Positions 54,945-63,999 of a stretch of 64,000 bases of DNA are shown here, in pieces (position 1 is the first letter of the stretch; each line of letters begins with the position of its first letter). The stretch is taken from NCBI GenBank assembly GCA_947366895.1, contig CANBBP010000003.1, positions 40,544-104,543 on the forward strand, written 5' to 3'. A program made the position numbers and the translations under genes. The DNA is from an uncultured Clostridia bacterium (lineage in GTDB: Bacteria; Bacillota; Clostridia; Christensenellales; UBA1242). The notes beneath the pieces were generated by a model. It did not search any database and was not told the DNA's origin. It saw only the letters and a list, made by a program, of their open reading frames with translations.

Positions 54945-56357
54945 ATGAAAAAAGCAAAAATAGTTTGTACTATAGGACCTGCAACGGATACTTACAATGC
55001 TATAGTAAAATTATTAAAATGTGGAATGAATGTTGCTCGTCTTAACATGAGTCATGGAACTTTAGAAAGTCATCAAAAGACATTAAACAACATAAAAAAA
55101 GCTCGTAAAGATTTAAAAATGCCATGTGCAATAATGGTAGATACTTGCGGCCCAGAATTAAGAATAGGAACTTTTGAAAGTGGTAAAGTTACCTTAGTTA
55201 AAGGTCAAACTTTTGTTTTTTCTACCATAGAAGTTAAGGGAACTATTAACGAAGTTTATTGTGGTTATCCAGCTTTATTAGATAAATTAAAATCAGGTCA
55301 AAAATTATATGCTAATAATGGACTTTTAGAATTTACTATTAAAGGTGTTGAAAATGGTAAGATAATATGTAGGGTAGATGTAGGTGGTGACCTTAGTGAC
55401 CATAAGAGTATATCTATACCTCGCTTTAGATTGCCTTTACCTTTTATTAGCGAAAAAGATGAAAAGAATATAGAATTTGCAGCAAAAAATGATGTTGAAT
55501 TAATATCTGCTTCCTTTGTTAATCGCCCAGAAGATTTACAAGAAATGCGTGAATGCATAAAAAAATATGGTGGAAGGCAAGAGATAATATCAAAAATAGA
55601 AAGTGCTGAAGGCATTAAGAATCTAGAAAGGATTATTGAATTAAGCGATGGTATTATGGTAGCAAGAGGAGACATGGGAACAGAAGTACCTATTGAACAT
55701 ATACCTGCCATTCAAAAAGATATGATAACAAAAACTGTTCAAAGAGGAAAAAGTGTTATCGTAGCAACTGAAATGTTAGAAAGCATGATATATAAAAGAC
55801 GTCCTACTAGAGCAGAAACCACTGATGTAGCACAAGCCATTTATGATGGAACAAGTTCTACTATGTTATCAGGGGAAAGTGCTTCAGGTAAATATCCTTT
55901 TGAAGCAACTTCAACTATGTCTAGTATTATAACTGCAACGGAGAAAGTGGTTGATTATACTCATATGCAATTGCCAGTTTTTAAAAGTTTACATAGAAAC
56001 TTAGATGCAATATCTTATTCCGCCTGCGAGACAGCAAAAGCTGTTGGAGCAAAGGCTATTGTTTGTTATACCGATAAAGGTAAAACAGCAAAAATGATTT
56101 CTCGTTTTTACCCAGAAGCAAAAATTATTGCTTTAACTCATAATGAATTTGTTTATAATGGGCTTGCTCTTTGTTGGGGTGTAACTCCTGTTATAGTTAA
56201 AGAATTTAATAAGATTGAAGAGATGTTATTAAATGCTGAAAAAGTTGTAAAGGACTTGAATTTTGCTAAGTCAGGTGATAAAATTGTTGTTACATTAGGT
56301 ATTCCTATCGCAGATAAAGGAACAACTAATGCTATAAAATTAACAGTATTAAATTAA
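54945..56357 (+). CDS. pyk: Pyruvate kinase
   Basis: KIVCTIGPA, ARLNMSHG, SKIES, MVARGDMG, PTRAE-TDVA, MLSGESA. Confidence 0.97.
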   Translation: MKKAKIVCTIGPATDTYNAIVKLLKCGMNVARLNMSHGTLESHQKTLNNIKKARKDLKMPCAIMVDTCGPELRIGTFESGKVTLVKGQTFVFSTIEVKGTINEVYCGYPALLDKLKSGQKLYANNGLLEFTIKGVENGKIICRVDVGGDLSDHKSISIPRFRLPLPFISEKDEKNIEFAAKNDVELISASFVNRPEDLQEMRECIKKYGGRQEIISKIESAEGIKNLERIIELSDGIMVARGDMGTEVPIEHIPAIQKDMITKTVQRGKSVIVATEMLESMIYKRRPTRAETTDVAQAIYDGTSSTMLSGESASGKYPFEATSTMSSIITATEKVVDYTHMQLPVFKSLHRNLDAISYSACETAKAVGAKAIVCYTDKGKTAKMISRFYPEAKIIALTHNEFVYNGLALCWGVTPVIVKEFNKIEEMLLNAEKVVKDLNFAKSGDKIVVTLGIPIADKGTTNAIKLTVLN

Positions 56358-56377
56358 AAATAAAGGGTTATTATAAA

Positions 56378-57232
56378 ATGTTACATTGGGCTTCTTTAAT
56401 TATATTTTTTGGTCTTTCAGTTCTAGCACTTTGGACAGCTAGTACCTTATTACAAAAAAATGGTATATATTTCTTTTGTATTGTAGCCAGTATAGTAGCC
56501 GGTTACTTTGCCAAAGTAGATTTATTTCAAAAAGTTTTTTCGGTGCAAATGGTTATTATACCTGTAATTTTGTTGGCCTTGCTTATAACATATTTAAAAT
56601 ATGGTAAGTCTGAAAGCATAAGACTATTTATTATTGTTACTGTTTCACAGGTTGTAATGTTTGTATTAAGATTTTTTGAATATGCATTCCTTGATATATT
56701 TAATGGTGTATATTACTATATGACTTGGAACTACTTAAGTAGTTTTGTGGGTACTATGATAGCTTTTGCTTTATCTTGCGTAGCAGGTTATTTCTTTATT
56801 TCTTATGTTGATATGAAAAAAGTAACACAAATAATAAGAAATGCTATTTATTTGGTTATTGTAAGTGCAATTGATAGTATAATATTTATTACAATTGCCT
56901 ATTCAGGATACTTTGCATTTGTTGACATCTTTTTAACTTTACTTTTATATTTTGCTTTTGATCTTGTATTATGCATTTTATTAAGTTGTTATGAAATACT
57001 TGCTAATGGTAAGCAACAAGCACCAGAAGTAATATTAATAAATAAAAAACCTAAAGAAAAAAAGCAGGAAACAGCTAAAACAAGTTTAACCAAACAAGAG
57101 GAAAAAGATAGCAAAATATCAAGTTATTTTGATAAAAAACAAGATAATAAAACAACATCTAATTCTCAAACTACTACAAAAAATAATTCAAAAAATGATA
57201 AAAAATCATCATTTTTACATAAAAAGAAATAA
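56378..57232 (+). CDS. VUT family (YhhQ/QPTR-like) transporter, divergent
   Basis: Multi-TM; YGK-E loop and IRNAIY..S-IDSIIFITIAY resemble the VUT RN-S..DT-F-AF motif; queH nearby. Confidence 0.55.
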   Translation: MLHWASLIIFFGLSVLALWTASTLLQKNGIYFFCIVASIVAGYFAKVDLFQKVFSVQMVIIPVILLALLITYLKYGKSESIRLFIIVTVSQVVMFVLRFFEYAFLDIFNGVYYYMTWNYLSSFVGTMIAFALSCVAGYFFISYVDMKKVTQIIRNAIYLVIVSAIDSIIFITIAYSGYFAFVDIFLTLLLYFAFDLVLCILLSCYEILANGKQQAPEVILINKKPKEKKQETAKTSLTKQEEKDSKISSYFDKKQDNKTTSNSQTTTKNNSKNDKKSSFLHKKK

Positions 57233-57262
57233 ACAAAATTTATGTTTTATTTATTCTGATTA

Positions 57263-57291
57263 TTGACATAGTGTAAAATTATTTGTATTAT
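57263..57291 (+). promoter_or_regulatory. SigA promoter upstream of tRNA-Val
   Basis: TTGACA-17 bp-TATTAT with TG just upstream of the -10. Confidence 0.7.
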
Positions 57292-57466
57292 ATTAATATA
57301 CAAAAGATAATTTTACATATTTGCAATAAAGTAAAACTAAAAGAGCCGCAGTAAATTTATTTAAAATACGTAAGAACAATAAAAATACAAAAGGCGCTAA
57401 TACACAAAAGATGTATTTTTAACAAAAGATAAAATTAGAGTAAGATTAATCTTACTCTAAAAAAAT

Positions 57467-57542
57467 GGGCAATTAACTCAGTTGGTAGAGTGTCACTTTG
57501 ACGTAGTGGAAGTCAGGGGTCCGAGTCCCTTATTGCCCACCA
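57467..57542 (+). tRNA. tRNA-Val(GAC)
   Basis: Cloverleaf GGGCAAT/ATTGCCC, ACTC/GAGT, TCACT/AGTGG with TT-GAC-GT loop, AGGGG/CCCTT, encoded CCA. Confidence 0.93.
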
Positions 57543-57547
57543 ATAGA

Positions 57548-57584
57548 TGACTGATAAGACAACTATCTTATCGGTCATTTTTTT
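57548..57584 (+). terminator. tRNA-Val terminator
   Basis: ATGACTGATAAGA / TCTTATCGGTCAT followed by T-tract. Confidence 0.85.
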
Positions 57585-57676
57585 ATGATTTGAAGAAAGT
57601 TTTGGAGTGTCTTAAGGTTTTTAATAAAATATTTTGTTTTGCTACAATGCTTGTATGATAAAAGGTAAGTTGTTAG

Positions 57677-58024
57677 TTATACAATATTCTCACCCAAAAT
57701 TATTTTAGGCATTGTTGTTAAACATCTATTCCAACGTTTATAAAATTTTTCTACACCAAGTTTAGATACTCTTGCATGAGATTCTTCATTTTCTAATACC
57801 CAATATAAAACATATATAACTTTACCAACATTTTTTGTAAGTCGAATAGGTAATTCTCCTTTTTTAACTGCATTAAAATCTTTTTGTCGGTGAGTACGTT
57901 TTATATAATGAACATCAATAACTCCATCTTGTTTCAAGTAAAATTCTGCAACTTCCTTCATTAGTTCTTCAATTTCATTAAGTTTGGTTAGTTTCGCTTC
58001 ATATATACATATTTCATTAAACAT
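57677..58024 (-). CDS. Hypothetical protein, possibly dimeric alpha/beta-barrel (ABM-like)
   Basis: SD GAGGTG; YVLYW-LENEESH pattern; fold call is inference. Confidence 0.65.
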   Translation of the reverse strand: MFNEICIYEAKLTKLNEIEELMKEVAEFYLKQDGVIDVHYIKRTHRQKDFNAVKKGELPIRLTKNVGKVIYVLYWVLENEESHARVSKLGVEKFYKRWNRCLTTMPKIILGENIV

Positions 58025-58380
58025 ATTGCACCTCTACAAATTAAAATTTTGTATTTTAACTATAACATAAAAGGCAAGCAATTTTCAAATTAATTACTTG
58101 CTGCATTTATCAATGTTGTACTTATTCTAAGTCATTGTGGCAACCATTTCATCTGCATTTTTATTTATATTTTTGCCTATAATTAATAATAGATTTTAAA
58201 AATAATATTTAAAATGTAAAAAGAAATTTTAGAAATATTTTTTTTATTATTTAAAAAAATATCAAATTGTCTTTTATTTATATAAATAAATATTCATTAA
58301 AAAGTAATTTTAACAATGTTTTGCTTGATATTTTAGTATAAAGGGAATATTATTTTAATAAGTTTATATGAATAAAAGAA

Positions 58381-58743
58381 ATGCAAATAAAAAGCATAAT
58401 AAAAAATAATATTATTGTAGCACACCTTACCTCAAATGAAGTTATTATTAATGATTTACAATCTGCTATGGATACGATAATGAACGTTGAATATCAAGCA
58501 AAAACAAAAAATATCGCAATATCAAAAGATCTTATTTCTAAAGACTTTTTTATATTAAGTAGTGGTCTTGCGGGTGAAATATTGCAAAAAATTGTTAATT
58601 ATCATTTTCGTATAGCTATTTATGGTGACTATTCAAATTATAAAAGTAAACCATTAAAGGATTTCATTTATGAAAGTAATAAAGGGCAAGACATATTTTT
58701 TGTTGATAATTTAGAAATAGCTATTAATAAATTAACTGCATAA
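58381..58743 (+). CDS. DUF4180 family protein
   Basis: FF-LSSGLAGEILQK-VNY-AIYGDYS..SK-L-DFIYESN-G. Confidence 0.9.
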   Translation: MQIKSIIKNNIIVAHLTSNEVIINDLQSAMDTIMNVEYQAKTKNIAISKDLISKDFFILSSGLAGEILQKIVNYHFRIAIYGDYSNYKSKPLKDFIYESNKGQDIFFVDNLEIAINKLTA

Positions 58744-58849
58744 TAAACTTATTTAAAGTTTTAATAAATATATGTGTTTTTTTATAGTATTAACAAATTA
58801 AGTTTATTAGAATTTATTTAAATTTAATTTGAAAATTCAATAAATATTT

Positions 58850-59279
58850 TTAATGATACAACTTAATTTTAATCCATCTATGAAGTTCTGGAAGTTGTTG
58901 TTTTTCTATAAAATAATAAAGAATATCATCAACCTCTTGAACGTTTTGGGTATCATAATAATATAAACTAGGTTTGTCTTTTTCATCAAATTTATAAACA
59001 TAAATTATAAATTTTTTTCTTTTGGATTTTTGGATAAAAACTTAAATTTAATTTTATGTGCTACATATATCTGACAAACCCCTTCAATATTAGGATAAAC
59101 ATTAACCATTAAGTCGCAGACAAAACGGGAATTGTTTTGATAGGCATCTTTAAGTTTATTTAATTGTTTTTTTAAAAAATCATAATTTGGTAATGGTTTG
59201 CTTAAAATTTTATAATATTTTCATTTGATAAATCAAAATTGCCATGGTCAAATCTATAATAATATTCATATTTTTCCAT
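58850..59279 (-). pseudogene. Multiply frameshifted hypothetical gene
   Basis: SD GAGGT then MEKYEYYYRFDHGNFDL. Coding-like sequence continues across frameshifts in A/T runs (~59220, ~59015) and a further lesion near 58908 to ...KQQLPELHRW. Confidence 0.55.
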
Positions 59280-59559
59280 AATTTTACCTCGTTATAATTT
59301 AAATTTTAGTCTATTAATAATAGTTAAAAATTTCTATGGTTCTTTTTTAAAAAATAATAACATATCTTTTTTAATTTTCCTATTTTAAAAAAACTAATTT
59401 TTAAAATCAATTTTAGTTTAGCTTTAATTATTATTAAAAATAAATAAGTAGTGTTTATTGTTAATTAAATGTTTTATCAAACAGTTTTTTATTTATTTGA
59501 TATATTTATAAAAGCTTAGTTAGTTTCTTTTTTATTTTATTATTAAATTATTTATAAAT

Positions 59560-61335
59560 TTAATTTCTTATGATTTTTGAACTATTATATAGTTTTATAT
59601 AATAATCATTTTTTTGTAAAAGTTCATCATGTTTTCCACTTGCCACAATTTCACCAGAATCTAATAAAAAGATTTTATCGGCATATGTTATAGTTGATAA
59701 ACGATGTGCTATTAATATTATAGTCATTTTATTTTTAAGTTTTGCTATAACCTTCATTATGTCATCTTGGTTGGTGTTATCTAGCGAACTTGTGGCTTCA
59801 TCAAATATTAAAACTTTTGCCTTTCTACTTAATGCCCTTGCAATACAAAGTTTTTGTTTTTGGCCTCCTGAAAGTAGGCAAGCATTTTCACCAATGATAC
59901 TATCAAGTTGTAGAGGTAAATTTATAACAAGGTCATAAATATTTGTTCTTTTTAAAAGTTTGAATATTTCATCATCAGTTATATTTGGGTTAATAATTTT
60001 AAAGTTGTCACGAATGGAAATATTAAAGATATATGGAAATTGATTTACTACTACAATGTTTTCTTTTATAAAATCTTTTGAAAGTTCTTCAATGTTAGTT
60101 TTATCAAAGTAGATATCTCCACTTGATTTATAATAAAGGTGCGAAATTAAATTTATAATTGTACTTTTGCCTGAACCACTTTCGCCAGCAAAAGCAACAG
60201 TTTGTTTTGGCATTATTGTAAAGTTTAAATTTTTTAAAACAGGATTATTTTTTTCATATTCAAAATAGACATTTTTAAAGGTGATTTTTCCTGAAAAATT
60301 TGTTGGAGAAGAGTCTCCATATTCATCGTAACTATAAACTTTTTTGTTAGTAAGTAAAAAGATTCTATTTGCATATACACTTGCATTTCCTAAATTTATT
60401 TTTAAATCCTCTAATATGGAAGCAAAGTCAAGCACATTATTTTTATATAGAAAACAGGTGTAAAAAACAAGTGGAGTAATGCATTCAGATTTTAAAAAAT
60501 AAACGCATAATATAATAAAAATAAAATTACAAATGTATTTCAAAATGTTAGTAAAATTAACTAGTCCTATTCCCACATAGTATTCAAGGTTATCTTTTTT
60601 GCAATAATCTAATTGATTTTTTTTAAGGTCATCTAATATAGAATTTGTGCAGTTAAGAACTTTAATATCTTTAACCCCTCTAATAACTTCAATAATTTTA
60701 GAATTTACTTTTTCGGCAGAATCTTTAACAGGAGGTTTTAACTTTTTAAAATAATGAATACGAATTTTACTTGCTAAAATGGTTATTAAAATTGTTCCAA
60801 CAAGTATAAGTCCTAAATAAACATTAAAAAAGAAAATATAAATAACGTAAGTTGATTTTTTAATAAGGTCAACAATTCTTTTAGTAAAGTCTTTAAATTC
60901 TTTTGAGATAGAATCTATATCAGAAGTAAGCCTAGTTAAAATTATGCCACTACCCATTTTATCATAGCAACCCATTTGAATATCAAGGGAACTTTTTAAC
61001 ACTGTTTGTTGAATATCTATTTTTGTTCGGTTTTCAAGTTGTTTATAGAAATAGGTGTTAACAATAGAAGTAAGTGCTGTTAATATACTTAGCCCTAAAC
61101 TTATTAAAGCATACATTATAGCCATATAATAGTCTAAGTCATTCATTAAACTTGTTATCATTTTGGCTATGAACATTGCATCAAAAAAATTTAATATTGC
61201 CTGAAAAAATAAAAGAGAGATGTATCCTATTAAAAACTTTAAATGCTTTTTATAATAATTAAAAAGCATTTTTAAACCATAATTAAATTCTTTCGTACTG
61301 TTTTTTGATTTTATATTTATCATATTTTTATCCAA
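59560..61335 (-). CDS. ABC exporter, fused permease and ATPase (MsbA/MDR-like)
   Basis: N-terminal TM domain, GESGSGKST, LSGGQ, IFDEATSSLD, IAHRLST. Confidence 0.93.
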   Translation of the reverse strand: MDKNMINIKSKNSTKEFNYGLKMLFNYYKKHLKFLIGYISLLFFQAILNFFDAMFIAKMITSLMNDLDYYMAIMYALISLGLSILTALTSIVNTYFYKQLENRTKIDIQQTVLKSSLDIQMGCYDKMGSGIILTRLTSDIDSISKEFKDFTKRIVDLIKKSTYVIYIFFFNVYLGLILVGTILITILASKIRIHYFKKLKPPVKDSAEKVNSKIIEVIRGVKDIKVLNCTNSILDDLKKNQLDYCKKDNLEYYVGIGLVNFTNILKYICNFIFIILCVYFLKSECITPLVFYTCFLYKNNVLDFASILEDLKINLGNASVYANRIFLLTNKKVYSYDEYGDSSPTNFSGKITFKNVYFEYEKNNPVLKNLNFTIMPKQTVAFAGESGSGKSTIINLISHLYYKSSGDIYFDKTNIEELSKDFIKENIVVVNQFPYIFNISIRDNFKIINPNITDDEIFKLLKRTNIYDLVINLPLQLDSIIGENACLLSGGQKQKLCIARALSRKAKVLIFDEATSSLDNTNQDDIMKVIAKLKNKMTIILIAHRLSTITYADKIFLLDSGEIVASGKHDELLQKNDYYIKLYNSSKIIRN

Positions 61336-61525
61336 AAGTTTGATTAAATATAATTTTAAATATTTTTAATTATAAGTAAAGACATTATATTAATAAATTT
61401 TAATTTATGAATTATTAAAAATTCTTACCAGTATTCTTGGTAAGGTTTATTTTAGTAAAAACCTTTAAAACTTATTAGAACAATATCTTTTATTTTTAAT
61501 ATAGAAAATAATTTGTAATTATTTA

Positions 61526-62704
61526 TTATTGTTCAAATTCAACACTTTCTACTTTAGGTTGAAAAGATTGCAGATTTTGTAAACTTTCTGATGTGATAGA
61601 GGAGGAGGTGGTGGTTTCTATTACGGAAGGTTGACCAGTTGACTCGGATATTAAGGAGTTATTTATAGGAGTTTGTTCATTTAACTTAAGATATAACTCC
61701 TCTTTAATTTGGTTTATTTCACTTTCAAATTCACTACATTGAGAATCAGCCAAAATAGATTGAGTTTCTTCTAATATAGTATCTAAACTTGGTTTTGGTG
61801 TAAAGGAGTCGCTATTTTGATTTTGGATACTATTTGCAATAGAACTTGCTAAAGTATTGCCCATAACTTTTGAAACTTCATCTCCGTATATTGGCATCCC
61901 TTCTTTATATTTCCAATCAGAATCTCTTGCTGTAATATTGATGAAATGTTCATTATTTAAATCTTTTGTCATATCAGAAACCAAAACACTTACAGTATGA
62001 TCATTTTCTTTAAAAGCAATAGTTCCATTTCCTTTATGAATTCTACCCATAAATGTATCCATTAAAAATCTATTAGAGATTTCAGCACCATATATAGGAC
62101 CTAATATATTTTTATCCTTCATTGGTAAAACTTGTAGACCTGTGCAAACATATTCTTGATAAGGTGCATAAGAAACAGAAAATACTTGGCGGAATGCTTG
62201 AGTTGCAGTAGCTTTATCAATACCTAATTCAAGCATTTTGTGAAGACCTCTTCCAATTATAGAGCATATTTCTCTTGTACCCCAACAATGCGAAAAGAAA
62301 GTAATTTGGTTAAAGTTTTTTATTATTTTATTTTTAGGTAATAAATTTTTGTTTTCATCTATACAAAGAGGTAGAAATATTGTTTCGGCAAGTTCGGTTC
62401 TTTCTTCTTTAGTTAAAGAACTTGATCTGATGCCTTTATCATCAGCTCTTCCATAGGCAATACCTATAAAATCTACAGCCTCTGTAGTGGCAAATTCATT
62501 TTCTATCGTAGGTTGTTTTATACCAACTAAACTTTGTGCAATTTTACACATGGCATTTGCATCTTTTGAATCAATTGTAGCATTTCCACCAAAACAAAAA
62601 ACGGTTGGTTTTGTAACTTTAAAACTTTTAGGGTCTAGATTTTCCCAGTTTTTTTCTTTTTCAAGATTTCTTCTTCCAATTGAATAATGTTCAAGATATC
62701 CCAT
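61526..62704 (-). CDS. Hypothetical protein with possible alpha/beta-hydrolase-like core and Ser/Thr-rich tail
   Basis: PTVFCFGGN and ITFFSHCWG patterns; no family recognised. Confidence 0.7.
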   Translation of the reverse strand: MGYLEHYSIGRRNLEKEKNWENLDPKSFKVTKPTVFCFGGNATIDSKDANAMCKIAQSLVGIKQPTIENEFATTEAVDFIGIAYGRADDKGIRSSSLTKEERTELAETIFLPLCIDENKNLLPKNKIIKNFNQITFFSHCWGTREICSIIGRGLHKMLELGIDKATATQAFRQVFSVSYAPYQEYVCTGLQVLPMKDKNILGPIYGAEISNRFLMDTFMGRIHKGNGTIAFKENDHTVSVLVSDMTKDLNNEHFINITARDSDWKYKEGMPIYGDEVSKVMGNTLASSIANSIQNQNSDSFTPKPSLDTILEETQSILADSQCSEFESEINQIKEELYLKLNEQTPINNSLISESTGQPSVIETTTSSSITSESLQNLQSFQPKVESVEFEQ

Positions 62705-62809
62705 TTCAAAAACCTTTTAAAATATTTGTATCTAAAATATATAAAATTATTTTAATTATAAATTAAAACTTATATTAAAAGTTAAAATAATAAATAATTA
62801 AAATTATAA

Positions 62810-62848
62810 AAAAGATACCCAACTGAATATTTAGTTCAGTTGGATATC
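62810..62848 (-). terminator. Original terminator of the target tRNA gene
   Basis: Minus strand GATATCCAACTGAA / TTCAGTTGGGTATC plus T-tract, starting 3 bp after the CCA of the tRNA fragment. Confidence 0.8.
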
Positions 62849-62851
62849 GAC

Positions 62852-62877
62852 TGGTGATCCCGACGGGATTCGAACCC
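62852..62877 (-). repeat. att core: duplicated tRNA 3' end (probably tRNA-Glu)
   Basis: Minus strand GGGTTCGAATCCCGTCGGGATCACCA = T-arm, acceptor strand and CCA; no 5' half present. Confidence 0.88.
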
Positions 62878-62979
62878 ATTTATAAAAACGCTACATACCG
62901 CTTAAATACTGAACTTTTTATAAAATTCTACTCAAATTCTACTCAATTTTTATTAATTTCCAATTTACCCCTATTGATT

Positions 62980-63128
62980 GACAAACCGCCTCTATTATGC
63001 TTACACGAAAGAAAAAGGAGGTGTTATCATTATGTTTATGTTCCAACTCACCCTTGTAACATTACAAATCATATTAACCATTTTACAAATAGTTAAAGAC
63101 CTTAAACAATAATGCTATCACTTCCTTA
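62980..63128 (-). ncRNA. Candidate cis-antisense antitoxin RNA (ends approximate)
   Basis: Convergent promoter TTGACA-17-TGcTATCTT (63162..63134) reading through the whole peptide ORF and SD. Confidence 0.5.
63032..63112 (+). CDS. Candidate type I toxin, 26-aa hydrophobic peptide
   Basis: SD AAGGAGGTG 8 nt upstream; MFMFQLTLVTLQIILTILQIVKDLKQ. Confidence 0.7.
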   Translation: MFMFQLTLVTLQIILTILQIVKDLKQ

Positions 63129-63211
63129 ACAAGAAGATAGCATAACATAGACAATTTGTCAATCAACCACCTGAACCAGCCCCTAGCCAATGTATATTTT
63201 TATAAAAAATA

Positions 63212-63237
63212 AAGGCAGTTAATAACTGCCTTTTTTT
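63212..63237. terminator. Bidirectional terminator
   Basis: AAAGGCAGTT-aat-AACTGCCTTT followed by T-tract. Confidence 0.85.
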
Positions 63238-63403
63238 ATCTTAAGTAAACATTAAATGTAAGTTTATAATTCCAATCTATATCCTCAATATCTTCTAGTT
63301 TGCACTTCAAATATTTACAAGCATATTCTTTAATTACTTTAATAGAAAAATTACTTGCTTTTATTTTCAAATACTCTTGATAAGTTATTTTTACTTGTTT
63401 CAT
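63236..63403 (-). CDS. Small phage-like hypothetical protein (55 aa, not in ORF track)
   Basis: SD AGAGG; MKQVKITYQEYLKIKASNFSIKVIKEYACKYLKCKLEDIEDIDWNYKLTFNVYLR. Confidence 0.65.
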   Translation of the reverse strand: MKQVKITYQEYLKIKASNFSIKVIKEYACKYLKCKLEDIEDIDWNYKLTFNVYLR

Positions 63404-63427
63404 TTTTTAAATCCTCTAATATAAAAA

Positions 63428-63631
63428 CTATTTATTTTTTTTCTTGTAACAACTGCAGGTGCTACACATAACCCTATCACCCCGTTATAAAGTCCAACCA
63501 ATTGAACGAACTGCATTTCTGCGATTATATATTGTATGGTTAAGGGAATTATCAATTTGTTCAACACGACCACAATAATCACAAGTAATGCGATAAAATG
63601 TAACAATAATAGTATTCGTTTCTACTCCCAA
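63428..63631 (-). pseudogene. Phage zinc-ribbon protein with internal TAA
   Basis: SD AAGGAG, TTG start; ...ITCDYCG...SIGWTL*RGDRVMCSTC...; stop at 63485-87. Confidence 0.7.
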
Positions 63632-63644
63632 AATTCAACTCCTT

Positions 63645-63899
63645 TTATCTATTAAACATCACTCTAGGGAAATGACAATCAACTATTTTTAATTCAAATG
63701 CTAAATAATCCAATAAAATATCAAACTCAATATAATTATTAATTTTTACTTTTATAGTCTTTTTATTTCTAAGAAAAATTCTTAACTTTTGCTTTTTTTC
63801 ACTAACTTTAATAAAAACTATATCTTTTATAACAAACGCATAATTTCCAATAACAACACAATTACATTTTTTATTTTTTAATTCAATATTACTCAACAT
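63645..63899 (-). CDS. Small phage-like hypothetical protein
   Basis: SD AAGGAG, 84 aa, tightly packed with neighbours. Confidence 0.7.
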   Translation of the reverse strand: MLSNIELKNKKCNCVVIGNYAFVIKDIVFIKVSEKKQKLRIFLRNKKTIKVKINNYIEFDILLDYLAFELKIVDCHFPRVMFNR

Positions 63900-63999
63900 T
63901 AATCTCCTTATTTATAATTTTGTTATATTCTTTTTCATCCAGCCAAATGCTATATAATTTATCTTTTTCAACAAATCTAGCCACATTCAATAAATTACA
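63889..63999 (-). CDS. 3' end of a phage-like ORF entering from beyond the window
   Basis: Open frame ...CNLLNVARFVEKDKLYSIWLDEKEYNKIINKEINVE* overlapping the next start. Confidence 0.5.
   Translation of the reverse strand, partial: CNLLNVARFVEKDKLYSIWLDEKEYNKIINKEINVE

Noticed and set aside
58124-58147. ...TTGTGGCAACCA as a second tRNA-derived att site
   Set aside because: No intact T-arm and no match to the tRNA-Val 3' end.
62854-63096. Track ORF MIPTGFEP... (80 aa)
   Set aside because: Its start is the antisense of the tRNA fragment; the SD-supported peptide is in another frame (63032-63112).
63400-63606. Track ORF MLHFIALL... as a membrane protein or holin
   Set aside because: No SD; it is the shadow frame of the zinc-ribbon pseudogene.
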